DNA of 64,000 nt from an uncultured delta proteobacterium (GTDB taxonomy: Bacteria > Desulfobacterota > Binatia > UBA9968): NCBI GenBank assembly GCA_963745035.1, contig CAVUVW010000004.1:1-64000 (forward strand), given 5' to 3'. The notes under the pieces are model-generated. The model ran no database searches. It had not been told where the DNA came from and was given only the letters and a program-made list of their open reading frames with translations. Below are positions 11,914-22,982 of this stretch, one piece after another. Positions within the stretch are counted from its first letter, which is position 1. The number at the start of each line of letters is the position of its first letter. A program made the translations under genes and the position numbers.

Positions 11914-12591
11914 ATGGATCGATTACACAAAAAAAACTCTGCCGGTAAGCGCGTTCTTATTGTCGAAGATCATAGAATGATGCGCGAAGGGCTCCGGTCT
12001 TTGCTCGAAGAAAAGCTCGGGTACGAGTGCGTGGCAGAAGCAAGTGACGGGTATGAGGCCGTGCGATACGCCAAAGAATTTCTCCCCGATCTTGTTATTA
12101 TGGATATCGTATTGCCCAACCTCAACGGAATGGAAGCAACACGGCAGATCAAGTCCCAGCACCCGGAAATCGAGATAGTCATCCTCTCCATGCACGCCAC
12201 TCGCATCTACATTTTGCAGGCATTGCAGGCCGGTGCTTCCGCTTATCTTTTGAAGGATTCCGCGCTCGAAGATCTTGCCACCGCGCTGGCGACGGTTGTT
12301 AAAGGCGGAATGTATCTGAGTCCGGCCATCACAACCGTCGCTGCTCTCAAAAACGAAGCCGCCGGAATGACGCCCAAAAATGTTGTCGATGTGCAACGCC
12401 TCACCAGAAGAGAGCTGCAAGTCTTGCAACTGATCGCGGACGGCAAGTCGACCAAAGAAATTGGGGCAACTCTGGAAGTCAGCGTCAAGACGGTGGAAAC
12501 CCATCGCAAGCAGATTATGGATAAGCTCGGCATCCGAACTACCGCGGGCTTGACAAAATACTGCATCCGCGAAGGTTTGACTTCGCTATGA
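11914..12591 (+). CDS. NarL/FixJ family response regulator, second paralog
   Basis: VLIVEDH, MDIVLP, SMH, YLLK; LTRRELQVLQLIADGKSTKEI...KTVETHR. Confidence 0.95.
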   Translation: MDRLHKKNSAGKRVLIVEDHRMMREGLRSLLEEKLGYECVAEASDGYEAVRYAKEFLPDLVIMDIVLPNLNGMEATRQIKSQHPEIEIVILSMHATRIYILQALQAGASAYLLKDSALEDLATALATVVKGGMYLSPAITTVAALKNEAAGMTPKNVVDVQRLTRRELQVLQLIADGKSTKEIGATLEVSVKTVETHRKQIMDKLGIRTTAGLTKYCIREGLTSL

Positions 12592-12726
12592 GCTCTCCGA
12601 GGCCGAGACCTAAGGAAAAACGCAGCTGCCTAGGGATTTTCCTGATTGCCTCCAAGCGCAAGATTAATTTAGTTTACCGAGCATCGGCGCGAAAGCTTGG
12701 CTGCAATAAACTCAAGGAGATCTGAG

Positions 12727-13440
12727 ATGGACCGACGCAAACATCTGGCATTGGCTGTGACGGGGCTTTTTTTGGCAGGCTGTACAGGAATGACGAGAAA
12801 TCAAGCCGCTTTGGTGGGCGCGGCAACTTGCGGCGCGATGGGCGCCGGGGGCGGTGCAGCCGCAGCGCATCAAGGAATTGACGGAAAGCACCGCAACGAA
12901 GCTATGGGCGCTGGTATCGGTTTCACCGCCGGCGCGCTCATTTGCGGCGGGTTGGCGTATTTGATGACCGAGGATCCGAAGCCAAAACCAGTGCCGCCAC
13001 CGCCACCTCCACCGCCGCCACCTCCGCCACCGGAGCCCAAGCCGAAGCCGGCTCCTCCACCGCCGCCGCCGAAACCGGAGCCCAAGCCCGCGCCGAAAGT
13101 GGAACGGACGATTATTCTCGACGACGTTCTGTTCGACTTCGACCGGAGCACCGTCAAGCCGGAAGCTGCGTCGATCCTCGATCGGCTGGTGGCTTTCATG
13201 AACGAGAACAAGGACAAGAAGGTAAGTCTGTCCGGACATACCGACAATGTGGGCAGCGAAGCATATAACCAAAAACTGTCTGAACGCCGCGTATCCTCGG
13301 TACAGGATTACGTGGTGAAGAAGGGCGTGGAAGGCAGCCGAGTCTCCGGACAGGGTTTCGGCGAGAGCAAGCCGATCGCGGATAACAAGACGCGAGAGGG
13401 GCGCGCGAAGAACCGGCGCGTCGAAATCAAAGTGCAATAA
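12727..13440 (+). CDS. OmpA family lipoprotein with glycine zipper and proline-rich linker
   Basis: Lipobox LAGC, Pro-rich linker, VLFDFDRS, GHTDNVGSEAYNQKLSERR, GFGESKP, NRRVEI; AGGAG RBS before ATG 12727. Confidence 0.93.
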   Translation: MDRRKHLALAVTGLFLAGCTGMTRNQAALVGAATCGAMGAGGGAAAAHQGIDGKHRNEAMGAGIGFTAGALICGGLAYLMTEDPKPKPVPPPPPPPPPPPPPEPKPKPAPPPPPPKPEPKPAPKVERTIILDDVLFDFDRSTVKPEAASILDRLVAFMNENKDKKVSLSGHTDNVGSEAYNQKLSERRVSSVQDYVVKKGVEGSRVSGQGFGESKPIADNKTREGRAKNRRVEIKVQ

Positions 13441-13892
13441 GATCGGCGCAGCGGGTTGACGAGTTGATCTCAGGACGCTTCGGCACTGTCCGAAGCGGTG
13501 ATTAGTCGCTGGAAAACAGTGCGCCGGCGCCCAGTCCGGGTTTTGCCGTGAGGTGCCAACGTTGCGGGTGGCTGGCCTCGGCATGAACCTGGTCTGTCCG
13601 GCGCGCCCGGACCGTTTTCCGCTTTGACGTTTCCTCTCCCTCGCCTTGCCTTAGGCTTTTGTGAAAACAGGGAATACCCGATGGTCGGCGCGCTCCGCCG
13701 ATCATGATAAAGATCGAACACATTATCGCATGTAAAACCCGACTCCGGTGATTTTCCGTTCCTCAGAGTCGTTTGCGCGCTCCCGAACAGTTCGCTAAGA
13801 TTTTTTTCTATCCCTGAGATTTGCTTTCGCATTGATCAGGTATGGGATAGCACGGCGATTTTTCGACCGGAACTTTCACGTGCCGGGCGTCG

Positions 13893-14120
13893 ATGCGCGA
13901 CAATGGGGTTGGATTCGATATGAAATATCATGATCACATATTCGGCATCTTTCAGCGGCTGCAACGAGGCGAAGATTATCCGGGCACGGGTATCGGTCTC
14001 GCGATTGCGCAAGCGGTCGAGAGGATGGGCGGATCGGTATGGGCGGAAAGCGCGCCCGGGCGCGGCGCGGTGTTTTATTTGGAGCTTCCGCTCGTGGCGG
14101 TTGGCAGCAATAGCAATTGA
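13893..14120 (+). pseudogene. C-terminal HATPase_c fragment of a Cph1-type histidine kinase
   Basis: RDNGVGFDM...IFGIFQRL...[10 protein letters not shown]...[21 protein letters not shown] with no upstream H-box region. Confidence 0.8.
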
Positions 14121-14134
14121 CAATCGAATCCCAC

Positions 14135-14248
14135 ATGAGTTCAATACTCATCGTCAAGCCTCTCGATTTTGCGCCGTTCATGAAAATGGCCGAGCAGATC
14201 GAAGCGTACCGGCGCGGGGCCCAGAGCTCCGCTGAGATGAGTTCATGA
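14135..14248 (+). pseudogene. Internally deleted Rcp1-like response regulator relic
   Basis: Manual translation MSSILIVKPLDFAPFMKMAEQIEAY... resembles the IVKPVDF..F......I..YW C-terminus of Rcp1-type receivers; its stop overlaps (ATGA) an MRILYVE start. Confidence 0.45.
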
Positions 14249-14326
14249 GAATCCTCTACGTCGAAGGACACGCCTGCTGACTGCATCCGAGTACACTGCG
14301 TCGCGGATCCGTAAGTACGGCATTCA

Positions 14327-17300
14327 ATGATGGGCACAATCCGAACTACGCCGGGCACACAAGAGGAAGACTGGGAAGTGAAGACGAGCGATTTGCCGCG
14401 GGTCACAGATGAACTCGGGCCATTGAATTCAGGGGTGGCCTTAGCCGGATTCAAATCCATCGCGCTGATCGCGGTCCTCACGTTCCTCGGTTACTATATC
14501 GGTGCCGAGCTGGCTTTTTTCCTGCGAGTTCCCTCCACGCGCAGCTCCATTTTTTGGATCCCCAACGCGGTGCTCCTGGTCGTCCTGCTCTGGACGTCGC
14601 CGCGTTACTGGTCTCTTTGGCTGCTTGCCGCGTTACCCGCCCATATTCTTACGCAAACGAGTCAAGACGATGCTACTGCCTTCATCGTGCTTGCCCCCTT
14701 TGTTCCTAACGTACTCCAGGTGACGCTCTCGGCTCTCGCGTTACGATATTTTGGCGCTGCCCGGCCGCGTTTCGATGCGCTGCGCGAAACGCTTGTTTTT
14801 GTCTCGCTTGCAGTGCTGTTAGTGCCCGCGATGGTATCGCTTGCCGCCGGCTGGCTTTTTGTCCGTGTAGGTTGGGAAACGGATATCTGGCTCGCAGCGC
14901 GCGGCCGCTTTCTCAGCAACGTGACGACCGGACTGACGGTGGCGCCCTTGTTGCTCATAGGACTGGCTGCCGTGCATGGCCTGAACGCGCGCTGGCGAAT
15001 CAAAAAGAGCCTAGAGTTCTTTGCCTTGGTTTTTCTCCTCATGCTGGGCCTGCTTGCGGTTAATCAGTGGATGCCGGCGACGACCTACGGCTTTCCCTTG
15101 CAGCTTTATATGCCGCTGCCGTTTCTTTTGTGGGCTGCCGTTCGATTCGGCACCGCCGGCTTAGCATTTTCCTTGCTTGCCGTTGCGGTGCATTCGATCT
15201 CGGAAACCATCGAGGGGCGGGGTCTCTATGCCGTGCGTTCGCCGGCGGAAGAGGTGCTTGCTCTTCAATTAGCCTTGGCGGCGCTTGGCGTTCCACTTGT
15301 GTTTCTGTCATCGGCGATCGCCGAACGAGGGCGGAAAGATGCGGCCTTGCAACAGAGCGAGGAGCGTTACCGCAGCGTGGTTGACGACCAAACCGAGTTG
15401 GTTTGCAGGTATCTTCCCGATGGGAGCCTGACGTTCGTTAACGCGGCCTACGCGCGATATTTCCAGCGCCGGCCTGAAGAACTGATCGGCAACAGCTTTT
15501 TGCCTCTCATTCCCGAGCCGCAACGGGAGCTTGCCAAATCACAATTGTCGGCGCTGGTTGAAAAGCCCGAAATCCGCTCTCTCGAGCACGAAGTTTGTGC
15601 GCCCGCCGGCGAGATCCGATGGCAACATTGGATCGACCGGCCGATATTGGATCGCTTCGGTCGAGTGATCGAAATTCAGGGCGTCGGCCGGGACGTAACC
15701 GACCGAAAGCGGGCCGAGTCGCGGCTCAAATTACAATCCACGGTCACCCGCATCCAAGCCGAAGCCGAGTCGATGCCCGAGGCATCGCCAAGAATACTGC
15801 AAGCCGTCTGCGAAATACTCGGCTGGGACATAGGAGAGCTATGGCGCTTGGGCGATGATGGGCGTCGCGTGATTTTTTACGACTCTTGGCATTTGCCGCA
15901 GGCGGATCTGTCGGCGTTCGCCGACGCGAGCCGCCATTTGGATTTTTCGCTCGGCGTCGGATTGCCGGGGCGAGCATGGCAAACCCGTAAACCGTGGTGG
16001 ATACCCGACGTTGCGCATGAAAGCAATTTCAAACGCGCCGCCTTGGCGGCGCAAGCCGGTCTGCGCAGCGCCCTCGCTGTACCGATTACAGACGGCCAGC
16101 AGGCGAACTTCGTCCTTATCTTCTTTGCCCGGCAAGTTTGCAAACAGGCCGATGCTGATTTGCTCGAGACGATGGCCAATATCGGCGACCAAATTGGCCT
16201 GTTTATCAAACGCAAATTCGCCGAAAATGCGGTTCGTGAGAGCGAAAGGCTGCTGCGGCTAAAGGATGAGCAACTGACTCGCACTGAGCACCTCGCCTCA
16301 ACGATGGTCACCCAAACGAGCTTGGAAGGCCGATGGCTGAAAGTGCCGCCCAAGCTTTGTGAACTGCTGGGATATGCCGAGGAGGAGTTGCTGGGCCGGC
16401 GCTTTCACGAATTCACTCATCCCGACGATGTTGACGCAGACTGGAATCAATGTCAGCGCCTGATTCGGGGCGAAGTCAATTCTTTCGACCTCGAGAAACG
16501 CTATCTTTGCAAAAATGGCAAGGTTGTTTGGGTCAGCATCAACGTCTCTGTGGTTATGGATACGGAGGGACGTCCCCTTCAGTTTCTTACCTATATTCGC
16601 GATATCTCCCGGCGCAAACAAGCGGAGGAGGAATTGCGCAAGTCGGAGGCAAAATTTGCCGGGATCATCGACATCGCGGCCGAGGCGATTATCTCCTTCG
16701 ATGAAGCGCACAAGATTAACCTGTTCAACGAGGGAGCGGAGAGGATATTCGGCTACACCAAACAGGAGATCATCGGACAGTCGCTCGATACGCTTTTTCC
16801 GGAAACATTTCGCCGCGATATGGGCATGCGTCTTCGTGAATTCGCCTCGGCACCGGCGGTCGCGTGGGGCGAGGGGCGCGAGATATTCGGAATCAGGAAA
16901 GGCGGCGAAGAGTTTCCCGCGGAGGCGTCGCTCTCGTACCTTGAGTTGGACGGCCATAAGATCTTCACCCTGGTGCTGCGTGACATGAGCGAGCGTTATT
17001 TGGCGCAGCAAGCGCTGTGGCAAAGCGAGACTCGGTTGCGGCTGGCGATGGAAGCTGGGCGGCTCGGCTACTGGGAGATCAATCCCCGGACGGGTGAGGT
17101 CCATCGAACCGAGAGTCTGGAGCGCATCTTTGGCTATAGCCCTGGAACCATGCCCGCCACCCGCGAGGCTTTTTTTGCGCTGGTTCATCCGGACGATGCG
17201 GCCCAATTGCAGCAACGAAGCCCGGCCATCAACGCCGCCGGACCCGTAGATTGGGACATAGAGTTCCGCATCATCCGTCGCGACGGCGCCGTCCGATGGA

Positions 17301-18472
17301 TATCGAGCCGCAGCCAAATGCTGTATGGACCCGCCGGTCTCGAAGAACGCATCATCGGCATATTGTGGGATATTACCGAGCGCAAGCAGGCTGAGATTAC
17401 CTTGCGCGACGCGCTAGCGGAGGTTGAACGACTGAGAAATCGGGCGGAAGCCGAGAACATCTATCTCCGCAAGGAAGTGTCCGAGACTCACCGAGCGGGA
17501 GAGATTGTCGGGCAAAGCGAAAAGATACAAAAAGTTATCAAGCAAGTGGCGCAGGTAGCATTGACCGAGATGGGCGTACTTGTTCTTGGGGAAACGGGAA
17601 CAGGCAAAGAGCTGGTCGCGCGCGCCGTGCATGAGTTGAGTGCGCGAAGAAGCCGGCCGCTCGTCAAGGTCAACTGCGCCGCGTTGCCAGAATCGCTGAT
17701 TGAAAGCGAATTGTTCGGACACGAAAAGGGGGCGTTCACAGGCGCGGCCGCGCGGCAGTTGGGCCGCTTTGAAATCGCCGACGGTGGAACTATTTTTCTC
17801 GATGAGATCGGTGACCTGCCACTGGGACTCCAGGTCAAACTCCTTAGAGTCTTGCAAGAGGGAGAGTTTGAAAGAATAGGCAGCGGCAAGACGATAAAGA
17901 CTAACGTTCGAGTTATTGCGGCGACCAACCGGGATTTGACGGAGGCGATGCAAGGGGGTAGTTTTCGCTCCGACCTGTATTATCGGCTGGCTGTTTATCC
18001 AATCCTGGTTCCGCCGTTACGAGAGCGTAAGAACGATATCAAGCTGTTGGCCGGCAAATTTCTCCTGGAAGCGGGACAGCGCTTGGGCCGGACATTCGAT
18101 GGAATTCCTCGTAAAATCCTGGAGGCATTGGAGTCCTATGATTGGCCGGGAAACGTAAGAGAGCTGCAAAATGTGATCGACCGGGCGGCAGTGATATCGT
18201 CTGGCACCGGCTTTCAACTGCCCGAGGAATGGATGCAAGGCGGCAGCAAAGGAAAGGCCGCTCGTGACGATTACACAGGAGCGTCTGCAAAAGTGCAGAC
18301 CCAGCCTCAAGATACGACTTTGGAAGATCTTGAGCGAGCTCACATTCTGCGCGTCCTCAAGGACACCCACTGGAGAATCGAAGGGCCTAAGGGAGCCGCG
18401 GTTATTCTTGGGTTGAACCCGAGTACCCTGCGATCGCGCATGTCCAAATTGGGTATCGGACGCTACCTGTGA
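14327..18472 (+). CDS. Membrane-anchored sigma-54 enhancer-binding protein: MASE1-PAS-GAF-PAS-PAS-PAS-AAA+-HTH (FhlA-like C-terminus)
   Basis: Hydrophobic N-terminus with SIFWIPNAV and LLWAAVRFG (MASE1), PAS/PAC ends [83 protein letters not shown]. Confidence 0.93.
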   Translation: MMGTIRTTPGTQEEDWEVKTSDLPRVTDELGPLNSGVALAGFKSIALIAVLTFLGYYIGAELAFFLRVPSTRSSIFWIPNAVLLVVLLWTSPRYWSLWLLAALPAHILTQTSQDDATAFIVLAPFVPNVLQVTLSALALRYFGAARPRFDALRETLVFVSLAVLLVPAMVSLAAGWLFVRVGWETDIWLAARGRFLSNVTTGLTVAPLLLIGLAAVHGLNARWRIKKSLEFFALVFLLMLGLLAVNQWMPATTYGFPLQLYMPLPFLLWAAVRFGTAGLAFSLLAVAVHSISETIEGRGLYAVRSPAEEVLALQLALAALGVPLVFLSSAIAERGRKDAALQQSEERYRSVVDDQTELVCRYLPDGSLTFVNAAYARYFQRRPEELIGNSFLPLIPEPQRELAKSQLSALVEKPEIRSLEHEVCAPAGEIRWQHWIDRPILDRFGRVIEIQGVGRDVTDRKRAESRLKLQSTVTRIQAEAESMPEASPRILQAVCEILGWDIGELWRLGDDGRRVIFYDSWHLPQADLSAFADASRHLDFSLGVGLPGRAWQTRKPWWIPDVAHESNFKRAALAAQAGLRSALAVPITDGQQANFVLIFFARQVCKQADADLLETMANIGDQIGLFIKRKFAENAVRESERLLRLKDEQLTRTEHLASTMVTQTSLEGRWLKVPPKLCELLGYAEEELLGRRFHEFTHPDDVDADWNQCQRLIRGEVNSFDLEKRYLCKNGKVVWVSINVSVVMDTEGRPLQFLTYIRDISRRKQAEEELRKSEAKFAGIIDIAAEAIISFDEAHKINLFNEGAERIFGYTKQEIIGQSLDTLFPETFRRDMGMRLREFASAPAVAWGEGREIFGIRKGGEEFPAEASLSYLELDGHKIFTLVLRDMSERYLAQQALWQSETRLRLAMEAGRLGYWEINPRTGEVHRTESLERIFGYSPGTMPATREAFFALVHPDDAAQLQQRSPAINAAGPVDWDIEFRIIRRDGAVRWISSRSQMLYGPAGLEERIIGILWDITERKQAEITLRDALAEVERLRNRAEAENIYLRKEVSETHRAGEIVGQSEKIQKVIKQVAQVALTEMGVLVLGETGTGKELVARAVHELSARRSRPLVKVNCAALPESLIESELFGHEKGAFTGAAARQLGRFEIADGGTIFLDEIGDLPLGLQVKLLRVLQEGEFERIGSGKTIKTNVRVIAATNRDLTEAMQGGSFRSDLYYRLAVYPILVPPLRERKNDIKLLAGKFLLEAGQRLGRTFDGIPRKILEALESYDWPGNVRELQNVIDRAAVISSGTGFQLPEEWMQGGSKGKAARDDYTGASAKVQTQPQDTTLEDLERAHILRVLKDTHWRIEGPKGAAVILGLNPSTLRSRMSKLGIGRYL

Positions 18473-18478
18473 CGACTT

Positions 18479-18504
18479 CCGCGACATTTCGCGGATTCCG
18501 CGAA
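18479..18504. promoter_or_regulatory. Overlapping palindromes CCGCGA-CATT-TCGCGG and TTCGCGGA-T-TCCGCGAA, candidate enhancer (UAS) for the FhlA-like activator
   Basis: Directly after the activator stop; contains CATTTCG as in the FhlA UAS half-site; about 170 bp upstream of a sigma-54-like promoter. Confidence 0.45.
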
Positions 18505-18668
18505 TTATAGCCATTTGGGTTTGCAATAATTAGCTTTAATAAAGAACGATCACAGAGAATTAACACGGCCTGCCTTCAATCGTTTGCCATTAAATTTCAA
18601 TAAGTTCAATGGAATTAAATCGGGCTCGTCGACCTCCTGCCAGATTCTTGAAGTATCGAAATTAAAAC

Positions 18669-18684
18669 TGGCTCTCGGATTGCT
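18669..18684 (+). promoter_or_regulatory. Putative sigma-54 (-24/-12) promoter
   Basis: TGGCTCTCGGATTGCT (GG-N10-GC, TTGC at -12), 48 bp before ATG 18732 with GGGGAG RBS. Confidence 0.5.
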
Positions 18685-18731
18685 GCTCATACTTGGATCA
18701 GGCTTTTTAGCCACCCATAGAAGGGGGAGCA

Positions 18732-19535
18732 ATGCATACGAACCGTGTCACGTACAATCGTCTAAAAAGCAAAGCGAGCCAGCATGAAGGCCGCGGTTTT
18801 CCATCGGCCAATCGTCGGCAGCTCCGAAAGGAAGGCGGGGAGCGCCATCAGACTGAGTGGTGCGTTGAGGCCAATGGCTGGGATCTGGCGGCGCTGGTAG
18901 CTGAAATTGAACGGATTCGGGAGAAGGAACGAAAGCAAATCGCCGACGATTTGCACGATCAACTGGGCCAGAACTTGATTTTGGCAACAATCAAGCTGGG
19001 CATGCTCGCGGGTTCGGTTTCGCATGACCAACTGCGCGCAATTCAAGATGTCCGCCAGCTCATTGCCCAGAGTATCGATCAAGTGCGATCATTGATAAGC
19101 GGGCTTTGCCCGTGCGAATCGGATGATCGGGATTTGGGCGCGGCTTTAGAGTGCTTGCTGGAGGAAACTCAGAAACTCTACGGTCTTCGCTGCGCTATGG
19201 ATATATGGGAAATATCGGCGGCGCTTGACCACGAAAGGCAAAAGATTCTTCTTTCAGCGGTGCGGGAGCTCCTGATCAACGTTGCCAAGCATGCGGGTGT
19301 AAAGGAGGCCGAGGTTTCGCTGCGATGCGAGGACCGAAAAATCGTCGTCCTGGTTGCGGACGAGGGATGCGGATTCGATCCGAAGCAGCCGCGACCTCCG
19401 AGGCTCAAAAGCATGGGGTTGGGATTGATCAGCGTCGGCGAGCGGATCGCCCGGCTCGGCGGCAGCTTTAGCGTCGATTCGCGCGTCGGCCAAGGCACAA
19501 AAGCCAGGATCAGTCTGCCGATAAAATCCAAGTAG
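18732..19535 (+). CDS. NarX/UhpB-type (HisKA_3) histidine kinase without an obvious sensor domain
   Basis: ERKQIADDLHDQLGQ, RELLINVAKHA, DEGCGFD, GLGLISVGERIARLGG, GQGT. Confidence 0.9.
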   Translation: MHTNRVTYNRLKSKASQHEGRGFPSANRRQLRKEGGERHQTEWCVEANGWDLAALVAEIERIREKERKQIADDLHDQLGQNLILATIKLGMLAGSVSHDQLRAIQDVRQLIAQSIDQVRSLISGLCPCESDDRDLGAALECLLEETQKLYGLRCAMDIWEISAALDHERQKILLSAVRELLINVAKHAGVKEAEVSLRCEDRKIVVLVADEGCGFDPKQPRPPRLKSMGLGLISVGERIARLGGSFSVDSRVGQGTKARISLPIKSK

Positions 19536-20492
19536 GAGCGAGCGTGGTTACAGTTAAAAGAAGACGAAAGGTTCGGTGAGCTATCGGGATGATAGGAATC
19601 TGCTAATCGCCTTTCACATTTGGACCTCTTCTAGAAGGGCCATAACCATCAACGCCATCATCGTTCTGCGGCGCTTTTCGTGCATTTCCTTTGCGTCGGC
19701 TAGTGAAAGCGTTTCGACCTCGGCAGCCGAATGCCGGTGCCGGAACTGCTCTGAGCGGCTCGCGATCGGGTTCGCCGAGGGATTATACTCCTGCCTTACC
19801 GGGGATCGAAGACCAGCCGAACTCTGGTTCGGCGACCGCTGAGCCGCTCATTCCACGCCTCGCAAGTTGCGCGTGGACGTTTGGCAGATCGCCGAGCGCA
19901 TAATGACTACCGAGCAGCTCGAAGTGATTACCTGATCCGGGAAATGGTGAATATTCGCAGCCTCCCGGTAGCAGCGCGACCGGCCTGTCGCTGCCTCCTT
20001 GCCTAAAAACGAAAGCTCGTTGGCGCGGCCTGATATTTCCCGGGGCTCTTTTCCTTCATGTCAGACCGTTTGCGACGAGTCTCCTCGTAGAGAATGCCCA
20101 TGTGATTCGGCCAGCGATGTCTCGGGATAACCATCATCTCGCTGAGGAATTTGGCACACAATATCCGCCCATGCCTGATGGCCCGGCCACCAGCCGGTGA
20201 AATACAATGCTGAAGAAACAATCAGTAAATTCAATAGGCGGGACAGTTCGATGACAACCAATGCGGGCTCGGTTGCGAGCGATTTGAAAGTTGCGCAGAC
20301 GGTCAAGGTGGTTTTCTCGGCATGACCGGACGGAAGTGAATGAAAAGGAGCCTGAAGGTGAACAGGCTCCAACTGAATGTCCGACCGGTCTGCCGCTACG
20401 AGCGTGGAGCGCAGCGGCGAATAGCGCAGTGCGAGGCGGCGCCAACTATGACCGGAAAACGATAGCTTTCCTTTGCGCAGAAGGAGGATTCC

Positions 20493-21302
20493 ATGGCCCG
20501 AGAGCGAGGGCGTTCTCTTGGCGAAAAACAAGATAGAGCAGACAGGGCGATAGCGGCTGAGAAGGCGAAGAGCCTGCGCCGTAGTGATCAATTGGCCGCC
20601 ATGGGCACAGCCGCAGCCGTGCTCGCCCATGAAATGAACAACCAGCTCCATATCATTTACGGCGCGGCTCAGTTGCTGGAGCAGCATATCGCGGAGAACA
20701 GGGGAGACGATACGCTGCCAGCGCTAGTGCCACAAATCAGGAAAGGGCTTGAGCAGATTCGCTGCTTGCTGAAGGATTTCGCGAGTCTGGGACAGCCGCA
20801 AAAATTCATCCTCGAGCCGGCCGATATCGTCGCATTGGTCCGCGAAGTGGTCAAGTCCGTGGAGCCCAGGTACGGACTGCACGGAATCGACCTTCAGTTG
20901 AATATCGCCGGCGATTTACCTGCGGTTGCAATCGATTCGCAGAAGCTCAGCCAAGCTTTACTGAACCTTTTTAAGAATGGCTTGGAAGCAATGCCCGGAG
21001 GCGGCACGCTCATAGTACGGATCTACAAGTCGCGGGAGATTGTATGCGTGGAAGTTCAGGATAGCGGGGTGGGAATTCCCGAGGGCATGGACATCTTCGA
21101 GCCTTTTCGCACTACCAAGCCCGAGGGCACCGGCTTGGGGATGGCTATTGTCCGGCAAGTCGTCGCTGCGCACGAGGGAACGTTAACATGGACGAGCCGT
21201 GAGGGCGAGGGAACTACGTTCCGGCTGGGCCTGCCGATAACAAATTCGAAGAGGGCCACCAGAGAGTCCTTCGTTCTAGGTCTGCCGCGCATTATGCAAT
21301 GA
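20493..21302 (+). CDS. NtrB-type (HisKA) cytoplasmic histidine kinase without a sensor domain
   Basis: LAHEMNNQL, QALLNLFKNGLEAM, DSGVGI, IFEPFRTTK, GTGLGMAI. Confidence 0.9.
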   Translation: MARERGRSLGEKQDRADRAIAAEKAKSLRRSDQLAAMGTAAAVLAHEMNNQLHIIYGAAQLLEQHIAENRGDDTLPALVPQIRKGLEQIRCLLKDFASLGQPQKFILEPADIVALVREVVKSVEPRYGLHGIDLQLNIAGDLPAVAIDSQKLSQALLNLFKNGLEAMPGGGTLIVRIYKSREIVCVEVQDSGVGIPEGMDIFEPFRTTKPEGTGLGMAIVRQVVAAHEGTLTWTSREGEGTTFRLGLPITNSKRATRESFVLGLPRIMQ

Positions 21303-21399
21303 TTGCCCCGCAGCCAGCCTGCGGATATCAAAACTCCTGCAATGCTTCCAATGTAAGCTGGGTGCGTTAAGAACCCAGAAGTGCCGGCGTCACGAATAC

Positions 21400-21415
21400 A
21401 GGCGTTGCAGTTGCA
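21400..21415 (+). promoter_or_regulatory. Possible sigma-54 promoter
   Basis: AGGCGTTGCAGTTGCA (GG-N10-GC with TTGCA), about 170 bp upstream of the gene at 21586. Confidence 0.3.
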
Positions 21416-21585
21416 GGCATGGTTTGACCTGTCATTTGGAATTTTAGTGTCTCGTGCGTATGTGGCGCTGGGCCAAGGCAGGGGCTATTCCAGGTTCGCC
21501 GTTGCGCGTTTTTCAACCGCGGAATCAACGTTCATCAAGGAAATTTCACGCTCCGTTTCATAGACCGCAAGCAGGTCAGGTCTCT

Positions 21586-21870
21586 ATGGATATGGTCGGC
21601 GTCATTATAGGTCTGATCAGCGGTGCCGCCGGTGGCAATATTGCCGGGGCCGCGCTCAAGGATCAGAGCTTGGGAACTGTGGGTAATTCCATCGCTGGGA
21701 TTTTAGGGGGAGGAATCGGCGGGATATTGCTGCAAGCGCTCGGACTCGATGCGGGCGGAGGGGGACTCGACGTTGGATCTCTCCTCGGCAATATCGCAAG
21801 CGGGGGTGTGGGAGGCGGCATCTTGATGGTCATCATCGGTTTCCTGAAAAACGCGATGGTGAAAGCGTAG
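21586..21870 (+). CDS. Small glycine-rich membrane protein (GlsB/YeaQ/YmgE-like)
   Basis: MDMVGVIIGLISGAAGGNIAGAALK...SLGTVGNSIAGILGGGIGG...GGVGGGILMVIIG. Confidence 0.7.
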   Translation: MDMVGVIIGLISGAAGGNIAGAALKDQSLGTVGNSIAGILGGGIGGILLQALGLDAGGGGLDVGSLLGNIASGGVGGGILMVIIGFLKNAMVKA

Positions 21871-22218
21871 TTGGTCTATTCGCCGCTGCTATTTTCAGCA
21901 GGTCCCGTGTTGCTTCTCGCCCCCAGCGTCTTGCATCGCCGCGGCTTTGCCCATTTGGCGCAGGCCAGTTCGAGGATTGAACGAACGCGCGGGCGGAGCT
22001 AGGCTGACGGAGTTCGGTGCAGAGCGTCCGGCGGACAGAGTTGCCGGCGAGCGAGTCCGGCGCGCCACTACTGAAGCTGCTTGATAGCAGCGAGGCTCTT
22101 CCGGGAAAGCGAGCTACAAAATCAGGGATTCCCCGATACAAAGGGAATCCGGCGCGCAGTAGCCTCGCGACGGTAATCGGCGCAGAGAAAATAACTATTG
22201 TTTTTAGGCAGGAGTGTT

Positions 22219-22598
22219 ATGGGCCAAAAGAGCTTCGGCATCCTAGCGTCTTATGGCTTGCGGGCACCTTGTTCGGTTGCCAGGCCATCACCGGACAAAC
22301 GTTAGGTCAGAACATCGATGACACCAACATCACCACCGCGGTGAAAACCAAATTGCGAGAGTCGGCGTTGAGATATGTAACGGCGCCGACTGGCGGATTC
22401 GAACGCTCTTGGTCGGCGGTGCTCGGAGCAATGGTGGATGAAGGTGTGCGCATCAAGGCCGAAGACCGCGCGTCGGGCACCGTGCACGGCATGTATGATA
22501 ACATCGGCGTGAGAAGCATCGTTCGGACACAAGCGGATGGTAGCGTGCGCGTCGAGTTCAACACCTCCGGTCATAAGATCGTGAGATCCGGTCGATAA
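22219..22598 (+). pseudogene. Truncated BON-domain lipoprotein joined to an unrelated lipoprotein-like fragment
   Basis: AGGAG RBS and ATG 22219, early frameshift, lipobox LFGC, GQNIDDTNITTAVKTKL (BON start), then an abrupt switch to FERSWSAVLGAM...RVEFN. Confidence 0.5.
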
Positions 22599-22982
22599 GC
22601 GTGGGGTCGTGCGACGTGTCGCCGGCGCATGGGCAGATAGTTTCGAGAGGCCGTGTTCAGCGGGGTTCGTCAAAACCGTGAATCCCTCAACAAATAACCA
22701 GATTGGAGTCTACATTGAGCTTGATCGGCAACATACTTTTCTGGTGCTTGATGGTCGGATTGACGATTTGGTGGTTTCCTTACCTTTCCTAGTGAAGTGT
22801 AACAACTAGATGGCGTTTGCCGTTCATGGTTCGAGAGCCTCACCACGAACGGCTTGTGCCTTGACCGTTCACCCTGACTCGTCGAAGGGTTCTTCGAACA
22901 TCGACGCAGCCAGAACTACAAGTTTAAGTAGGAAAACGCGAGGAGTCTGTAAGGCGCAACCAAGGCCTGTCCAAACCTGCCC

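Noticed and set aside
12990-13095. CCG/CCA-rich repetitive stretch
   Set aside because: It is the proline-rich linker of the OmpA protein; the Gly-rich antisense ORF 12870..13247 is its shadow.
20152-20166. TGGCAC-containing candidate sigma-54 promoter before the NtrB-like kinase
   Set aside because: The -12 position reads CC, not GC (TGGCACACAATATCC).
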